Made by a program: the position numbers and the translations under genes. The notes beneath the pieces were generated by a model, which did not search any database, had not been told where the DNA came from, and was given only the letters and a program-made list of their open reading frames with translations. A DNA stretch of 64,000 bases from Candidatus Nanosyncoccus sp. (GTDB lineage: Bacteria; Patescibacteriota; Saccharimonadia; Saccharimonadales; Saccharimonadaceae), in assembly GCA_045541215.1 (NCBI GenBank), contig JAZQIR010000007.1:79167-143166 (forward strand), given 5' to 3'. Of the stretch, positions 38,942-50,046 are shown in pieces. Position 1 is the first letter of the stretch, and every line of letters begins with the position of its first letter.

Positions 38942-39454
38942 TTAATTTAATATACCGATTCCAATATTAAGGTATGCCGCAAAAGTCGTCCAAATTATAT
39001 ATGGTAAAAGACACCAAAAGGCAGCACGTGAAATCTTAAATGTTAGCACAAGCAAAGCAATTTCCGCAATCCACATCAACATTAAAACTGCAAAAGCTAC
39101 CCAATACAACTCACCCGCGAAAAATAACGGAGTCCAAATAAAATTCAAAAACAATTGTACTCCATATATAATTAACCCGGCTCTACTTAAAGATTTTTCT
39201 TGCTTTTTGCCATCTCGATATTTCGTATAAATCAAATATGATGCCACACCCATCAGTACATATAAAATTGTCCAAGCTACCGGGAAAAGCCATGCCGGAG
39301 GAGCCAACGGCGGTTGATTGAATGTTCCAAACTTCTCCATCATATTGCGCATGAGTAGAGAGATTATCAAACCACCGCCGAGTGGCACCAAGATACAAAG
39401 TGCCACTCGCCAAATCTTTCCAAAAGTTGAAGTCTTATTTTTTGTTTTCACCAT
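38942..39454 (-). CDS. tspO: TspO/MBR family tryptophan-rich sensory protein
   Basis: PPLAPPAWLFPVAWTILY, QLFLNFIWTPLFF, LLPYIIWTTFAAYLN. Confidence 0.92.
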   Translation of the reverse strand: MVKTKNKTSTFGKIWRVALCILVPLGGGLIISLLMRNMMEKFGTFNQPPLAPPAWLFPVAWTILYVLMGVASYLIYTKYRDGKKQEKSLSRAGLIIYGVQLFLNFIWTPLFFAGELYWVAFAVLMLMWIAEIALLVLTFKISRAAFWCLLPYIIWTTFAAYLNIGIGILN

Positions 39455-39539
39455 TTTTATTTTCCTATTTAGATATCTCTATGATACCACATTTTCAAAA
39501 AATCTCCATACCCAAAAAATATTATAATTATACCCTATT

Positions 39540-41324
39540 TTATCCCACTAAAACTTTTTTGCAAATATAGAAACCCGCTACTAGTATTATCGACGGTAAT
39601 ACTACAATCAAGATATTGGGAGCTACCAAAAAATCTTTTTTGTATATTGCGCCAATTCCACCAGTATTAGGAACGAGAGGTATCGAACCCTCACCGTTGT
39701 CATCTGGAATCAAACTCTTTAAAATCGGCATAATACTTTCGGGAATATGCCCTACCACTAGATTCTCGGCATTACTAACCAAAGAATAAGTATAAAACAA
39801 TGAGTAGCTGTCGCCATAAGTAGCCTGGGTGTATTTCGCATCCGCCACTATTATCGGCGCCAAAGTCTTCACGAGCTTTGGTAAGTTTTCCTTAATCATC
39901 GCAAATTCCGCTTCTGTTACTTTTGGGTCCGTATCAAGCATGGTATAAGTATCGTATTCATCAATATAATTTGTTAGGTAATCTAGCAGCTCATCAACAT
40001 CAGCATCAACTGCAGTTCCCTTCAAGACTTTAACAATATCTATATACGGTGGAAAATTTGCTAAAGCCTCTGCTATAGTGCTGTAACCACTGTTAATTAA
40101 ATCAATAAAAGCATTACCGGCTACTTTTCCGGCCATTCCGCCATCAGTGTTCTTAATAAAATCCAAAACTTCACTTTGTCTATCAAGCGTTCTCGACTGA
40201 TATACTTTCATCAACGCGGAAAGTGGCGGTTTTACTTCAGTATCAAAATACTCACGAGTCAAACCATTCTCAGTCACAAATTGCATCCATGCATCAATAA
40301 AGTCCCTACCGTTAACAGTAGAAATTTCTTTAGTAATACTTGTATTAGAAGCAAGTAAATTCATCGCCCTATCACTATCAGCAAGATCGGAAATATCAAG
40401 CACCGCCGTTGTCACTGTCATATCGGCAGGATGAATTTCCTCATAAACACCAGTATTATAAAATCCCCAAGCCTCCGGGAATAAATACCCCAACAGCAAA
40501 TCATTTCCGTCTTTCACGTCATGAATATTTGCATAATTAGTCTCTACAATACTTGCTCTTGGTGCACCAAAAGTATAAACGTAAAAATCGTTTGCCGACA
40601 TATTATAATTTGAAATATTAACATTAATGGCTTTAGCGAACAAATCTACTACAGCACCACCTCTCGAATAACCCACTACCCAAACCTTATAATCACCAAA
40701 ATTATGATCTAAAATATATTGATTAAATCTATCTACCATCAAACCAGCTGACTCAGAAAATCCCGCGTGATCACCATTAGTTCCTACGTTAAAATTCGAT
40801 AACCACTCCGTCATGTAATTGTAATTTCGTGGGGCCACCACGACCAACTTTTGACCCGTGCTCAGTGTTTTATGTCCAATCGTTGTTCCCATTGAATGTC
40901 CGTTCTCTTCAGATTTTACATCCCAGCTCTCAAAATCTGAGAATCCCATCTGTTCTAACATACCATACAATTTCGGATTGACCATAGAAGGATCAGTCGG
41001 ATATCCGTCAGCTTGATTTTCGTACCCAGCTAATGCCAAGGCATAAGACACCGCTCGAAGCTCAGGATGGTCACCCGGCGAAGGCAATTCAAAATATTCG
41101 TCACTATATTGCACTTCACCAGTTTCATCCAATGCATCATAGACAGATCCCCAAGGATTTTCAGGGTCTTCTACAAATCCATAATAAGGATATGTCACCG
41201 TAATCTCATTCTTGTTTATACTAGTCGCCCACGCGGCAGTTGTTGTTAAACTGCTTATAACCAAACCTACCGACAACCCCAAAAATAGTAGTCCGCCAAA
41301 CTTATAATCAAGCGCTCGCATCAT
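39540..41324 (-). CDS. Secreted lipase-class-3-like hydrolase with a VPNTG C-terminus
   Basis: VVGYSRGG (GxSxG), YTFGAP; IPLVPNTG plus TM helix. Confidence 0.75.
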   Translation of the reverse strand: MMRALDYKFGGLLFLGLSVGLVISSLTTTAAWATSINKNEITVTYPYYGFVEDPENPWGSVYDALDETGEVQYSDEYFELPSPGDHPELRAVSYALALAGYENQADGYPTDPSMVNPKLYGMLEQMGFSDFESWDVKSEENGHSMGTTIGHKTLSTGQKLVVVAPRNYNYMTEWLSNFNVGTNGDHAGFSESAGLMVDRFNQYILDHNFGDYKVWVVGYSRGGAVVDLFAKAINVNISNYNMSANDFYVYTFGAPRASIVETNYANIHDVKDGNDLLLGYLFPEAWGFYNTGVYEEIHPADMTVTTAVLDISDLADSDRAMNLLASNTSITKEISTVNGRDFIDAWMQFVTENGLTREYFDTEVKPPLSALMKVYQSRTLDRQSEVLDFIKNTDGGMAGKVAGNAFIDLINSGYSTIAEALANFPPYIDIVKVLKGTAVDADVDELLDYLTNYIDEYDTYTMLDTDPKVTEAEFAMIKENLPKLVKTLAPIIVADAKYTQATYGDSYSLFYTYSLVSNAENLVVGHIPESIMPILKSLIPDDNGEGSIPLVPNTGGIGAIYKKDFLVAPNILIVVLPSIILVAGFYICKKVLVG

Positions 41325-41401
41325 TTACCCCATCTTCTTTTTCTATTTGTTTCATGTATAACCTCCTTTGGTATGCTTATTTTATTATACCATAAGAACT
41401 T

Positions 41402-42295
41402 TTAAACAACTAGTTCATATTGACGCGACCCAAGCCCCAACGATTCTGCATACGGCAAAATCTCACGACCCAAACGAGTGTCTATTCTTTCCTGTAGAGA
41501 TTTGACTCCCGCATGTTCTGGATGTTCATCAGCATACTTCCATACAAAATCTATAAACGCTTGGTCATTCGCAACAGGGTCCAGAGATGCAATTATGCCA
41601 AGATCCGGCATCACCGGATCATCCTGGTTCTCGTCGCAATCGCAAGAAGTAGAAATTGCATTCATCACAGTAATATATATTATTTGCTTTCCCGAATCAG
41701 TTACATAATCCGCTACCGCTTTAGCCGCTTCTGCCATACTCTCAATAAAATCAATCTGCTCATGTTTGTCCTGCCAACATTTATCTGGATCTTCTGTATG
41801 CCCACAAGAATGAATATAAGCCTTACCATTTCTAGAAGCAAATCCAATACTTTGATTTTTGAGATTAGCTCCAAATCCTCCCATCATGTGACCTTTGGCA
41901 TGTGCAAGATTAATATAAGCATCGTAATTATCAAAATTTTTGCCAATCAAATCATATTTAAGATGTTTACCATTATGTACTGGTATTTTTATCTCACCAT
42001 CCGCATCCATTATGTCAACATCAGCAAAACTAGTAAATCCATGTTCTCTAGCTACTTCTAAATGTTCGGCTACAGTATTTCTAGCTCCTGGATATGCAGT
42101 GTTACATTCAATAATTGTGCCATCTAAAGATTTAACAAATGGACCAATTAAATCGGCTTTTAGATAATTTTTAGCACCTTTTTCACCAGTAGAAACTTTT
42201 ACGCCAATTTTTCCTTTCAAATTCACACCAAGAGCTTCATAAATTTTTCTTAAACCATCTGCACTAATATCTTTAGTAAAAAATACTTTTGCCAT
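41402..42295 (-). CDS. DUF362 domain Fe-S protein
   Basis: KVSTGE, IIECNTAY.G.R, KGH.MGGFG..LKN.SIG, SCDCD. Confidence 0.85.
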   Translation of the reverse strand: MAKVFFTKDISADGLRKIYEALGVNLKGKIGVKVSTGEKGAKNYLKADLIGPFVKSLDGTIIECNTAYPGARNTVAEHLEVAREHGFTSFADVDIMDADGEIKIPVHNGKHLKYDLIGKNFDNYDAYINLAHAKGHMMGGFGANLKNQSIGFASRNGKAYIHSCGHTEDPDKCWQDKHEQIDFIESMAEAAKAVADYVTDSGKQIIYITVMNAISTSCDCDENQDDPVMPDLGIIASLDPVANDQAFIDFVWKYADEHPEHAGVKSLQERIDTRLGREILPYAESLGLGSRQYELVV

Positions 42296-42342
42296 TTTTC
42301 TCCTTTATTATAGCCTATTATATCACAAAGCAAATTGACAAC

Positions 42343-43110
42343 TTAACCCAATATTTTTTGCGGATTTAAAATCAGCATTTCCTCAATTTTTTGTTTACTA
42401 CAATACTTACTAAGTTCATTTACCGCATTACGCACAAAAGACTCCCCACGAGGATGATGAATGTCACTTCCAAAGCCAAAAACCATATTTTGTTTCAGCA
42501 TATTAATTAAAGTTTTCTTAGCAGACTTACCATACTGCCCCACAATGCTACCAAAATTACATTGGAACAATACTCCCATATTGTATAAATCGACAATCAA
42601 ACTAAAATCTTTTTGAAAACTCGAATATCTTTCCGGATGTGCCAAAACTACGTAATATCCAGCCCTAATTAGCTCCAACAAAATATCTCTATATCCAGGA
42701 AAATCTCCATTCATCGGAAGTTCTACTAACAAATATGGGGAATCCGTTAGCGTAGAGATTGTTCCATCATTTAGCAAATTCAAAAGTTCTCGCGAAATAT
42801 AAATTTCATTTCCTAAATGCAGTTTTACGTTAATCCCCTCTACGCTAATACGTTCCCGTAACTGTTCCAAAAGTGAAACATTATTTATTTTTGGAGAAAC
42901 ATATACTGTCTCATCCACATAGTGCGGAGTTGCAAAAATATCAGTCACGCCACTAGATACTAATTCTTTTATTAATTTAATACTCGCATCAAAATCACTT
43001 GCCCCATCGTCGATTCCGGGTAAAATATGAGAATGTAAATCAATAATTCCGTCCAAATTTAAATCACATTTTTTAATACCAAAATGCCTCATACAAACTT
43101 CAAGTTCCAA
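42343..43110 (-). CDS. CpsB/CapC-type PHP tyrosine phosphatase
   Basis: IDLHSHILPGIDDGA, ATPHY, LAHPERY, GSDIH. Confidence 0.93.
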   Translation of the reverse strand: MELEVCMRHFGIKKCDLNLDGIIDLHSHILPGIDDGASDFDASIKLIKELVSSGVTDIFATPHYVDETVYVSPKINNVSLLEQLRERISVEGINVKLHLGNEIYISRELLNLLNDGTISTLTDSPYLLVELPMNGDFPGYRDILLELIRAGYYVVLAHPERYSSFQKDFSLIVDLYNMGVLFQCNFGSIVGQYGKSAKKTLINMLKQNMVFGFGSDIHHPRGESFVRNAVNELSKYCSKQKIEEMLILNPQKILG

Positions 43111-43115
43111 TTAGT

Positions 43116-44498
43116 TTATTTTCTTTTAACTGACTTTTTTGTATCATCTTCACCATAATAATAGTAGTAATATTTAGAAGAAGTTCTATTTACCATATTG
43201 AAAACCACGCCAGCAATTTTTGCGCCAACTTTCTCGAGTTCAAGTTTTGCAGCCGATAAATCTGCTCTAGAAGTAGATCCATCTTTCACTACTATCAAAG
43301 TCTCGTCCATCATACTAGATAAAATTACTGAATCAGCCAAACCGCCAATTGGTGCACCATCAAAAATTATAATATTATAACGATGTTTAAGTTCAGATAA
43401 TAATTTTTTATTCTTTTTAGAAGATAATAGTTCCGAAGGATTTGGTGGATAAGTTCCACAAGTAATAATGTCGAGATTTTGAACGCTCGTGTTGTGAATG
43501 TAATGAGAAATATTCTCAAGTTTATCAGTCAAAAGATTAGACAAACCATTCGTATTTGGTATGTCAAACAATCTGTGCACGCGACCTTTACGCAAATCGC
43601 AATCTACTAATAGAACCTTCTTTTCGGCCTGTGCAAACGAAATTGCCAAATTTGCTGACACAAAACTTTTTCCCTCGCCAGCATTGGTAGAAGTCACTAG
43701 GATAGTTTTTAAATTTTTATCAATTGCTGTAAACTGCAAATTAGTTCTTAAACTCTTAATATTCTCACTTACAATAGCTTTTGGATATTTTTCCAAAACC
43801 AATTCCGTATCAGCACTCCGTTTAGATTTCATATCGTTCTTAGAAATTCTTCCCGCCGTTGCTAATCCATAGATTCTCTCCACATCATCAGTATGTTTAA
43901 CGGTGTCATCCAAATAAAATCTTAGAAAAGCAAATCCACCAACTGCAGCAATTGCTACCACTACCGCCAAAATAACATCACGCGTAATCGTATTATTAGA
44001 AGGCGTCGTTGGTACTTTAGCTACTGAAAGTTGACTTACATTGTCTAGTTTGTAAATTTGTGAGACTTCCTCTGAAAATACATTAGCAATCTCATTTGCA
44101 ATTCTTGCCGCAAGATCTGGATCCAAATTTCTGACTGTCACACTAAGTATAGATGTGTCTTCTACAGGTTTAACGGTCAAATTTTTACCAATTTCTTTCA
44201 CGCTCGCCGAAAGTCCCAAATTTTCTATTACCTTATTCAAGACCAATTCACTTTTTGCAATCTCACCATAAGTAGTCGCCAATTTCTGGCTAGCGTTCAC
44301 ATCACTAAGCGCAGAAGCAGATGTTGCCGCGCTATCACTTTTTGCAATCACAATTGTGGTTTGCGCTTGATAAACTGGTTTTTTAAAAACCATATCGTAG
44401 GTCAAAATGCCACCCACTGCCAGAGCAATCACCAAAACAAAAGCCAATATATAATGCTTCAAATAACTTAAAAAATCTTTTATATTTATTTCTTCCAT
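43116..44498 (-). CDS. Fused chain-length determinant/BY-kinase (CpsC-CpsD, Wzc-like)
   Basis: Wzz-like N-terminus; LRTNL, GEGKS Walker A, VDCDLR; C-terminal YYYYYY cluster. Confidence 0.93.
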   Translation of the reverse strand: MEEINIKDFLSYLKHYILAFVLVIALAVGGILTYDMVFKKPVYQAQTTIVIAKSDSAATSASALSDVNASQKLATTYGEIAKSELVLNKVIENLGLSASVKEIGKNLTVKPVEDTSILSVTVRNLDPDLAARIANEIANVFSEEVSQIYKLDNVSQLSVAKVPTTPSNNTITRDVILAVVVAIAAVGGFAFLRFYLDDTVKHTDDVERIYGLATAGRISKNDMKSKRSADTELVLEKYPKAIVSENIKSLRTNLQFTAIDKNLKTILVTSTNAGEGKSFVSANLAISFAQAEKKVLLVDCDLRKGRVHRLFDIPNTNGLSNLLTDKLENISHYIHNTSVQNLDIITCGTYPPNPSELLSSKKNKKLLSELKHRYNIIIFDGAPIGGLADSVILSSMMDETLIVVKDGSTSRADLSAAKLELEKVGAKIAGVVFNMVNRTSSKYYYYYYGEDDTKKSVKRK

Positions 44499-44575
44499 AA
44501 AAAATCCTTACCCTCTTATAATTTTATCATAAAATCTCAAAATAGTAAACCATAGACGCTTTTTTTGACAGGTTA

Positions 44576-45877
44576 TTATCTTGCCAAATATGCTTCGATT
44601 TTAGCTCGAGCCGCCGCCACCGACTCTGGATATGGCAACATTACATAAAGCGGTCTAGAGGCTCCCATACTATAAGTGCCTTGCATTGAGCCAACACCAT
44701 CTATCGCAATTGATTCAACATCCCATTTAATCCCATCATTTAATTGCATCCTAATAAACGAACTGATATCATCCCTTGTAAATGAGGTTTCAAACGAATC
44801 CGCAGCAATATCCAAAATCTCCGGCAATCTTACTAAATAATTTTTAGAACCAGATAACTTAGCAATGATACTTGTGATCACCTGCTGTTGATTCTCACCA
44901 CGATGCCGATCGCCCGTCTTATAAGATTTTCTTTCTCTTGCAAATCTCAGTGCACAATCACCATCCACCCATTGTTTTCCAATTACATAGGTACATTTTT
45001 TGTCTTTACCTTCCACGCCAAGCGTCATCTCTGTATCCGAATCAATTTCAATTCCCCCTAATTCATCCACTATTTTAACTACCGTACCAAAACTTACCTT
45101 AGCAGTATAATCAATTTTTACATCCAAGAAATCCTCTATCGTTGTCTTGCTCATGCTGATACCGTATACTCCGGCATGAGTCAATTTATCCTTAATTCCA
45201 GTAGTTCCATGCAACTGTACATAAGTATCACGCGGGATAGAAACCAAAAGAATTTTGCCTTTAGTCGGATTCACTACCGCTAATATATTTACATCGGATC
45301 TCGCCGTAGCTTTCACCCCATTCCTAGAATCAGTGCCAGATATATATAGCACAAATGGCTCCTTAGTTATCTGCTTTTCTACAACTTCCACGTTATCAGT
45401 TTTTAGCTCTATCTCAAAAGTATAAATCACTCGTGTGTTTTTTACGGAATCCGCCGCTTCATCTTGCAAGATTTCCATGCGGTCAGTTTCAATTACAATT
45501 CCATCCACGATCTCATTATTAAAAGACGTCATCAAAGTGTCCAAATCATCATAAAAATTCGCTTCAAATTTTATTTTTTCCTGCAAATATTGCTCCGCAT
45601 TACCTACTTTTTCGTCTATTTTCAAAAAACCAATGTTTTTATCCGTAAGACCATCTAGATTCTGAATCTCACTTTTATCCAAAACTACCACGCTATACTC
45701 TTTCACCTCAGGTTCTCTATTAGTAATTTTATTCAAAAAATTATTAAACGCCGTAGAATATCTAATCACTACTGCCAAAATAACAATCAAAATTATTGTT
45801 ATGATTGCAGCTATAATTCTTGCGCCAATAGAACGATGCTTCTTTTTTGCCTTAACCTGTTCTTGATTATCCGTCAT
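44576..45877 (-). CDS. LCP family protein (CpsA-like)
   Basis: ISGTDSR, RSDVNIL, SIPRDTYV, FARER, GD..RGENQQ. Confidence 0.93.
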   Translation of the reverse strand: MTDNQEQVKAKKKHRSIGARIIAAIITIILIVILAVVIRYSTAFNNFLNKITNREPEVKEYSVVVLDKSEIQNLDGLTDKNIGFLKIDEKVGNAEQYLQEKIKFEANFYDDLDTLMTSFNNEIVDGIVIETDRMEILQDEAADSVKNTRVIYTFEIELKTDNVEVVEKQITKEPFVLYISGTDSRNGVKATARSDVNILAVVNPTKGKILLVSIPRDTYVQLHGTTGIKDKLTHAGVYGISMSKTTIEDFLDVKIDYTAKVSFGTVVKIVDELGGIEIDSDTEMTLGVEGKDKKCTYVIGKQWVDGDCALRFARERKSYKTGDRHRGENQQQVITSIIAKLSGSKNYLVRLPEILDIAADSFETSFTRDDISSFIRMQLNDGIKWDVESIAIDGVGSMQGTYSMGASRPLYVMLPYPESVAAARAKIEAYLAR

Positions 45878-45920
45878 TTTGTCCCTTCAGATTAGCGGTA
45901 TCACTATATATTATATAATA

Positions 45921-47105
45921 TTAATCCCTATAAAACAAATCTCTAGTATAGATTTTGTCTTTTACGTCATCCAAATCTTTCGTTATCCGATTAGTCAAAA
46001 TCACCGAACAATTTTCTTTGAAAGAATCCAAATCAGAAGTCACCGGCGCTCCGTTAAATTCGTCAGCATCTAGAGCCGGCTCGTAAATTAGCACGTCCTT
46101 CCCTTCTGCCATGATGTATTTAATTACATCCTGAATTGCTGAAGCCCGAAAATTATCAGAATTGGATTTCATTGTTAATCGATAAAAACCAACCACTTCT
46201 GGCTCAAGTGCAAGTACCTCGTCAGCGATAAATCTCTTCCTAGTACCATTAGATTTTACAATCGCTTCAATCAAATCTTGTGGTACATCTTTATAATTAG
46301 CCAAAAGTTGTTTGGTATCTTTTGGTAAGCAATAGCCGCCATAGCCAAAAGACGGATTGTTGTAGTGAGAGCCAATTCTTGGATCTAAAGACACGCCTTC
46401 TATGATGCTTTTTGAATCTAGATTTTTGGTCGCGGCATAAGTGTCTAACTCGTTAAAATACGCTACTCTAAGAGCCAAATAAGTATTAGCAAAAAGTTTT
46501 ACAGCTTCCGCTTCTGTACTGTTCATAAATAAAACTGGCACATCTTTTTTGAGCGAGGCATTTTTGAGAAGTTCTGCAAATTTATGTGCTTCCTGAGAAT
46601 TGTCACCTATGATAATACGCGAAGGATATAAATTGTCATACAGAGCCTTTCCCTCACGCAAAAATTCTGGCGAAAAGAAAATATTTTTGATATCGTATTT
46701 AGCACGCACTGATTCTATATACCCTACCGGAATTGTAGATTTAATCACCATCGTAGTGTTTGTGCTACCGAGTGAAATTACTTTTTCGATTATGTCTTCT
46801 ACAGAAGAAGTATCAAAAAAGTTTTGTTTTTCGTCATAATTCGTAGGGGTAGATATAATTACAAAATCTGCATTTTCAAATGCGTCTTTGTAATCCAGGG
46901 TCGCCCGCAAATTTAATTTGCGAGTACCTTTTTTTGCTTCATCAAAATATTTTTCTATGTATTCGTCTTGAATCGGCGAAACAAAATCATTAATCATTTT
47001 GACTTTTTCTGGAACGATATCAAGCGCCACTACTTCCGAATCTTGACTGAGCAATGTGGCCAATGACAAACCTACATACCCAGTCCCCGCAATTGCAATT
47101 TTCAT
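45921..47105 (-). CDS. ugd: UDP-glucose 6-dehydrogenase
   Basis: [32 protein letters not shown]; start moved to ATG 47105. Confidence 0.96.
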   Translation of the reverse strand: MKIAIAGTGYVGLSLATLLSQDSEVVALDIVPEKVKMINDFVSPIQDEYIEKYFDEAKKGTRKLNLRATLDYKDAFENADFVIISTPTNYDEKQNFFDTSSVEDIIEKVISLGSTNTTMVIKSTIPVGYIESVRAKYDIKNIFFSPEFLREGKALYDNLYPSRIIIGDNSQEAHKFAELLKNASLKKDVPVLFMNSTEAEAVKLFANTYLALRVAYFNELDTYAATKNLDSKSIIEGVSLDPRIGSHYNNPSFGYGGYCLPKDTKQLLANYKDVPQDLIEAIVKSNGTRKRFIADEVLALEPEVVGFYRLTMKSNSDNFRASAIQDVIKYIMAEGKDVLIYEPALDADEFNGAPVTSDLDSFKENCSVILTNRITKDLDDVKDKIYTRDLFYRD

Positions 47106-47155
47106 ATTCTTAATATTATACCCCATCTTATGTCTTTTGTCAAAGACAACCGTTT

Positions 47156-47377
47156 CTAATCGTTTTTATCCGTAATATTCCCTTTAATAAATTCAAAATT
47201 AGAGAATCCCTCCAGCCACGACAAACGATGCTCTTTCAAACTTACATCATAATAATCGTTCACCGAATCAAACCCAATTACCTTAGCCTCTGGATTTTCC
47301 GCGCATATCCGCTTAGCCAAATACGCCCCCACAAACCCCGCCACACCTGTGATTAAAATTGTTTTATTATCAAACAT
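47156..47377 (-). pseudogene. N-terminal fragment of an NAD-dependent nucleotide-sugar epimerase
   Basis: ILITGVAGFVG, DSVNDYYDVSLKE.RL; only 73 aa, no YxxxK catalytic region. Confidence 0.85.
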
Positions 47378-48920
47378 TATTTTTCTCCTTCCTCTTCATA
47401 ACAACCCTTATAACCTTTTTTATAAATATATACGTATCCCTATACCTCTTCGTATATCTTATGCCTATAAAATAAATTAAATTTGGCACCACCGAGCACA
47501 CCAAAGCTCTCAAAATTATATTAACAATCCCGTCGACTGGCAACCACTCGCAGGAAACAAATGATACTACCAAACCAATCGCAGTTAAAAACATATAATA
47601 AAATTGCTCCTTGTAGAATACCACTAGACTTTGGTTTTTGAAATAATTTTTAAATAAAATATAATTTCTCTGTAAATAATTAAATGCAAAAATTGTAATT
47701 ATCGTCGCCCATATCACACCAGTTATTCCAAATAATTTACCTAATATAAAATTTAGTCCAAGATTAGCAAGTGCCTCAATCACATAAGACCATTTAAGTT
47801 TCCACCACATCCCATTACCAGATATGTATTGATTTCTAATATTATTCATATTTATAACATAGAAATATATACAAAATAGCAGCATATCAAAAGTAGGTAG
47901 TAGCAACTCTTCTCCCGCCCAAATCTTCATAAACGGTTGATACAAGCAAGCAAGCCCTACAGTGCAAAATCCTATAATTCCAGCAAATATCTGCGAAAAA
48001 GTCAGCATATGTTTATAATTAACTTCCTCAGAATTTTTCACAATACTATTTCCTACACTAGCACTCATAGCGTGAACAATCACCAGCATAATTCCATAAA
48101 GCGCTGAATATATATAATAATAATTCCCATATATTGCAGTGGCGGTAAGTCCAATAAAACTAGAAATAATTAAGCTATCAAAAGAATTTCTAAATGTATC
48201 ACAAATTTTATTTATAACCAACCCCCTTACTTGTTTCCTCATTTCTGTAGGGATTTTCATCTTAATTGTAATTTTCTTATAGAATGGATACCGTTTTCTT
48301 GTTGATATATGTATAAGCACATTGGTAACAATAGTTCCGAATACTGCTACTATTAAATACATATAAAAATCTTTAGTAATAATTAAAACCAAGAGCTGCG
48401 CCAAATACCTTACAATATTAACAATCGTACGAATGTTTTTAGCTATATCCTCTCTTTGATCCGCAATCAACAAACATTCCTTGTATGCAAACATATAATA
48501 ACTAACTGCAGAATTAATCAAATACAATAAATAGACAATGTACAAATTAATCGTATCAGGATAAGACCCTTTTATAAGATATGGCAAGAATGGCATTACC
48601 GCAAGCCCCCCCACCAATACAACTGTACCTACCACGGTATATATTTTCTTAAACAAAGACACAATTTCACAAATCTTCTTATGGTCTTTGTCAGCCATCG
48701 GTTTATACAGACTATAAACAATCGCGGTATTAAAACCAAGTTCTGCAATATTTAGTACATTCAAAATAGAAGAAAAAAGACCAGCCAAACCAGTGAACTC
48801 TGCACCAAGCGTCCAAAGAATTGCAGTACGGTTAATAAAGGGCAAAACAATAGAAATAATCTGGTTAATAAGCCCTGCACCGATATTCCTAGTCGTATTT
48901 TTAGTTCTACTTTTTTCCAT
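47370..48920 (-). CDS. Oligosaccharide flippase (Wzx-like)
   Basis: Many TM segments; LNIAELGF..AI.YSLYKP. Confidence 0.88.
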   Translation of the reverse strand: MEKSRTKNTTRNIGAGLINQIISIVLPFINRTAILWTLGAEFTGLAGLFSSILNVLNIAELGFNTAIVYSLYKPMADKDHKKICEIVSLFKKIYTVVGTVVLVGGLAVMPFLPYLIKGSYPDTINLYIVYLLYLINSAVSYYMFAYKECLLIADQREDIAKNIRTIVNIVRYLAQLLVLIITKDFYMYLIVAVFGTIVTNVLIHISTRKRYPFYKKITIKMKIPTEMRKQVRGLVINKICDTFRNSFDSLIISSFIGLTATAIYGNYYYIYSALYGIMLVIVHAMSASVGNSIVKNSEEVNYKHMLTFSQIFAGIIGFCTVGLACLYQPFMKIWAGEELLLPTFDMLLFCIYFYVINMNNIRNQYISGNGMWWKLKWSYVIEALANLGLNFILGKLFGITGVIWATIITIFAFNYLQRNYILFKNYFKNQSLVVFYKEQFYYMFLTAIGLVVSFVSCEWLPVDGIVNIILRALVCSVVPNLIYFIGIRYTKRYRDTYIFIKKVIRVVMKRKEKNNV

Positions 48921-50046
48921 TATTTTTTTCCTTTAAAGCATTCTCGTATATATTTTCTAGTTGCTTTGTGATTTTTTTAATATCCCACTCTCTATCATTC
49001 AAAACCACCCTTTGAGGCTTTTTATATTTCATTATTACTCCAGCCCATTTTTTAGCACCATCATCAAGCGGCAACATCGTCACCAAATTCGAAATTACTG
49101 CATGCTCTGACACTACATCAGATACAAAACATGATAATTTAGCCTCTTGTACCTCAACTAAAGACACCGGCAGCCCTTCGTGTTTTGATGGAAATACAAA
49201 AACATCCATAGCTGCTAGAATATCTGGTATATCATCACGATTAGACAAAATCAGATATTGATCGTCTAACCCATACTTGCATAACTTGTCCGTTATTCTT
49301 ACGGCATCATGGCCATCCCCTACCATCAACAAAAATTTATCTTTATTTTTTATTTCATTAAAAACTTCCACCAAAAAATCATGATTTTTTTGTTTTGCAA
49401 ATCTACCAATATGTCCAACAACAAAAGATTTCTCAGGAATTCCCAATCGTAACCGTACAGTGTTTTTATTCTTTAAATTTTTATATTTAGAAATATCAAT
49501 ACCATTATTTAACACAACTGAATTAACACCAAATAGAACATCTATTTCTTCCTTCATTTTTTCATGCAATACAATGAAACGCATCTCATAATGTTTTACA
49601 AGCCATTTTGCCGCTCTCAAGTCTAATCTCCGAAGCACGCCATTATTAAACCATATTTTTCTTGGCTCATTATGCACTGTATGTAAAATAACGGTTTCGC
49701 GTTTTGGCCTAGCAAATTTAACAAAAGTATTCACTGAAAGATGGGTGTGCAAAATATCTGGAGCCTCTTTTTTAATTATTTTACGCACTATGATACATCT
49801 ACAGAAATGGTTTATGACTTTTATTATGATATTTGTGTTCTTTTTGAATATCAAATAATCTTCCACATAAAATATTTTAATACCATCATTTTCTAAAATC
49901 TTTTCGTATGGAGATTCTTTTCTATGTTCCAAACACAAAAGCGAAATATTAAATTTCTTTCTATCTAAATTTAACAGGTAATCTTTTACTAGAGTCTCCG
50001 CACCACCAGTATTTAAACCATGTATAAAATGCATCATCTTTTTCAT
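48907..50046 (-). CDS. Glycosyltransferase family 4
   Basis: GGAE, GHIGRF..QKNH, FPSKHEGLP. Confidence 0.92.
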   Translation of the reverse strand: MKKMMHFIHGLNTGGAETLVKDYLLNLDRKKFNISLLCLEHRKESPYEKILENDGIKIFYVEDYLIFKKNTNIIIKVINHFCRCIIVRKIIKKEAPDILHTHLSVNTFVKFARPKRETVILHTVHNEPRKIWFNNGVLRRLDLRAAKWLVKHYEMRFIVLHEKMKEEIDVLFGVNSVVLNNGIDISKYKNLKNKNTVRLRLGIPEKSFVVGHIGRFAKQKNHDFLVEVFNEIKNKDKFLLMVGDGHDAVRITDKLCKYGLDDQYLILSNRDDIPDILAAMDVFVFPSKHEGLPVSLVEVQEAKLSCFVSDVVSEHAVISNLVTMLPLDDGAKKWAGVIMKYKKPQRVVLNDREWDIKKITKQLENIYENALKEKNNGKK

